Source: Mobula hypostoma (taxonomy: Eukaryota). Taken from it: a DNA stretch of 64,000 bases. The stretch spans positions 13,206,001 to 13,270,000 of the forward strand of contig NC_086097.1 of assembly GCF_963921235.1 (NCBI RefSeq). Reading direction: 5' to 3'. Both the position numbers and the translations under genes were made by a program. The notes under the pieces are model-generated. The model saw only the letters and a program-made list of their open reading frames with translations. It ran no database searches and was not told the DNA's origin. Shown piece after piece: positions 62,470 to 64,000 of the stretch (position 1 is the stretch's first letter; each line of letters opens with the position of its first letter).

Positions 62470-63905
62470 TGCAACATACCCAAAATGCTGGAGGATTTCG
62501 GCAGCCCGGGTAGTATCTATAGAAAAGAGTTAAACAGTTGATGCTTTGGGCTGACGCCCTTCGTCAGGACAGGAAAAATGATGAGAAATCAGAGTAAGAA
62601 GGTAGGGGGAGGGGAGGAAGAAGTACAAGGTAGTAGGTGATAGGAGGGGGAGTGGTGAAGAAAAGAGCAGGGGAAGTTGATTTGTGAAGGAGATAAAGAG
62701 CTGGAGAGGAAGAATCTGATAGGTGGAAGACATGGAACAAAGGGAAGGAAAAGGAGCACCAGAGGAAAGTGATGCACAGGTAAGGAGATAATATGAGAGA
62801 GGGAAACAGAAATGGGGAATAGTGAAGGGGGAACATTACCAGTAGTTTGAGAAATCAATGTTCATGCCATCAGATTGAAGCTACGCAGATGGAATATAAG
62901 GTGTTACTCCTCCAACCTGAGTGTGGCCTAATTGCGGTAGTAGAGAAGGCCATGGACTGACAAGCCAGAATGGGAACGGGAAGCAAAATTGAAATGCGTG
63001 GTTACCAGGAGTTCCCGCTTTTTCTAGTAGGTGGAATGAAGGTGCTCAGCAAAGCGGACTCCTAATCTATGTCAGGTCTCAGCGATATACAGGAGGCCAC
63101 ACCAGGAGCACCAGATACAGTTTTTGACCTCGACAGTCTCACAGGTGAAGTGTCGATGGTAGTGAGGAAGGAGGTGTAGGGGCAGGTGTTCCACTTTGAA
63201 GGATAAGTACAGGATGGAGATCAGTGGGGAAGGATGAGTGGAAAGCCAGTCCATAGGGAGTGATCCCTGGGGAAAGCGGAGAGTGGCGGGACAGTGAAAG
63301 ATGTGCTTGGTGACTGTATCCCCATTGGAGATTGTGGAAGTTATGGAGAATTATGTGCTGGAAGTGGAGGCAGGTGGGGTGGTAGGTGAGGACAAGAGGA
63401 ACCAACCCTGATGTGGCGGTGGGAGGGAAATGGAAGAGATGCGGGTGAAGGAATGAAAGCCCCTTTATTTGAAGAAGGAGAAAATCTCATTAGTTCTGGA
63501 ATTAAAATCCTCATTCTGAGAGCAGATACCATGGAGACAGAGGAACTGAAAGAAGGGGATGGCGTTTTTACAGGTGCCTGGGTGGGAAGAGGTATAGTCG
63601 AGGTAGCTGTGAGAATCAGTGGGTTTATAAAAGATGTCAATAGATAAATTATATCCAGAGATAGAGACGAAGAGATCGAGAAAATGCGGGAAAGTGTTGG
63701 AAATGGACCAGGTAAATTTGAGGGCAGGGTGGAAGATGGAGGCAAGGTTGATGAAGTCGACGAGCTCAGCATGGTGTAGGAAGCAACATCAGTGTACTTG
63801 TCGATGTCGCATAGAAAGAGTTGGTGAGCGATACAGGTGTAGGCTTGAGACATAGACTGTTCCACATAGCCGACAAAAAGGCAGGCATAACTGGGACGCA
63901 TGACT
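62470..63905 (-). mobile_element. Penelope-like element: RT C-terminal part, GIY-YIG endonuclease, 3' terminus (degenerate)
   Basis: MRPSYACLFVGYVEQSM..LFLCDID; VPLVLTYHPT; HFTCET..NCIWCSWCGLLYIAET; hammerhead remnant near 62535-62570. Confidence 0.88.
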
Positions 63906-64000
63906 ACACCTTTGGTTTGACCTGGCCATCACCTCCCTCTGGTGCTCCATCTCCTTCCCATTTTTCCATGATCTTCTACCATCTCCTATCAGATTCCCCC

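Overview
Eukaryotic, repeat-dense, largely non-coding (intronic or intergenic) DNA. The repeat repertoire (CR1, Rex1/Babar, RTE, Penelope-like, R4/Dong, Hero, tRNA-derived HE1-like SINEs) suggests a cartilaginous fish, probably a ray; this is inference, not a database result. No intact host gene or autonomous transposon is supportable, and most long ORFs are retroelement fragments. Main finding: a compact internally deleted RTE (about 60765-61341) has its interior replaced by a 177-bp GC-rich piece of a host gene resembling CYHR1/ZFTRAF1. That piece is circularly permuted, with the two halves abutting to within 1 nt, as expected if a small circle was captured. Other highlights: minimal hammerhead ribozymes in Penelope-derived repeats, including a 98-bp TSD-flanked mini-element; an apparently identical 3957-bp tandem duplication with a 9-bp crossover window in Penelope repeats; a CR1 > Hero > solo-LTR nest; two R4/Dong fragments beside TAA-rich tracts; and weak candidate host exons on the minus strand. 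Boundaries of old repeats are approximate; family names come from motif recognition only.
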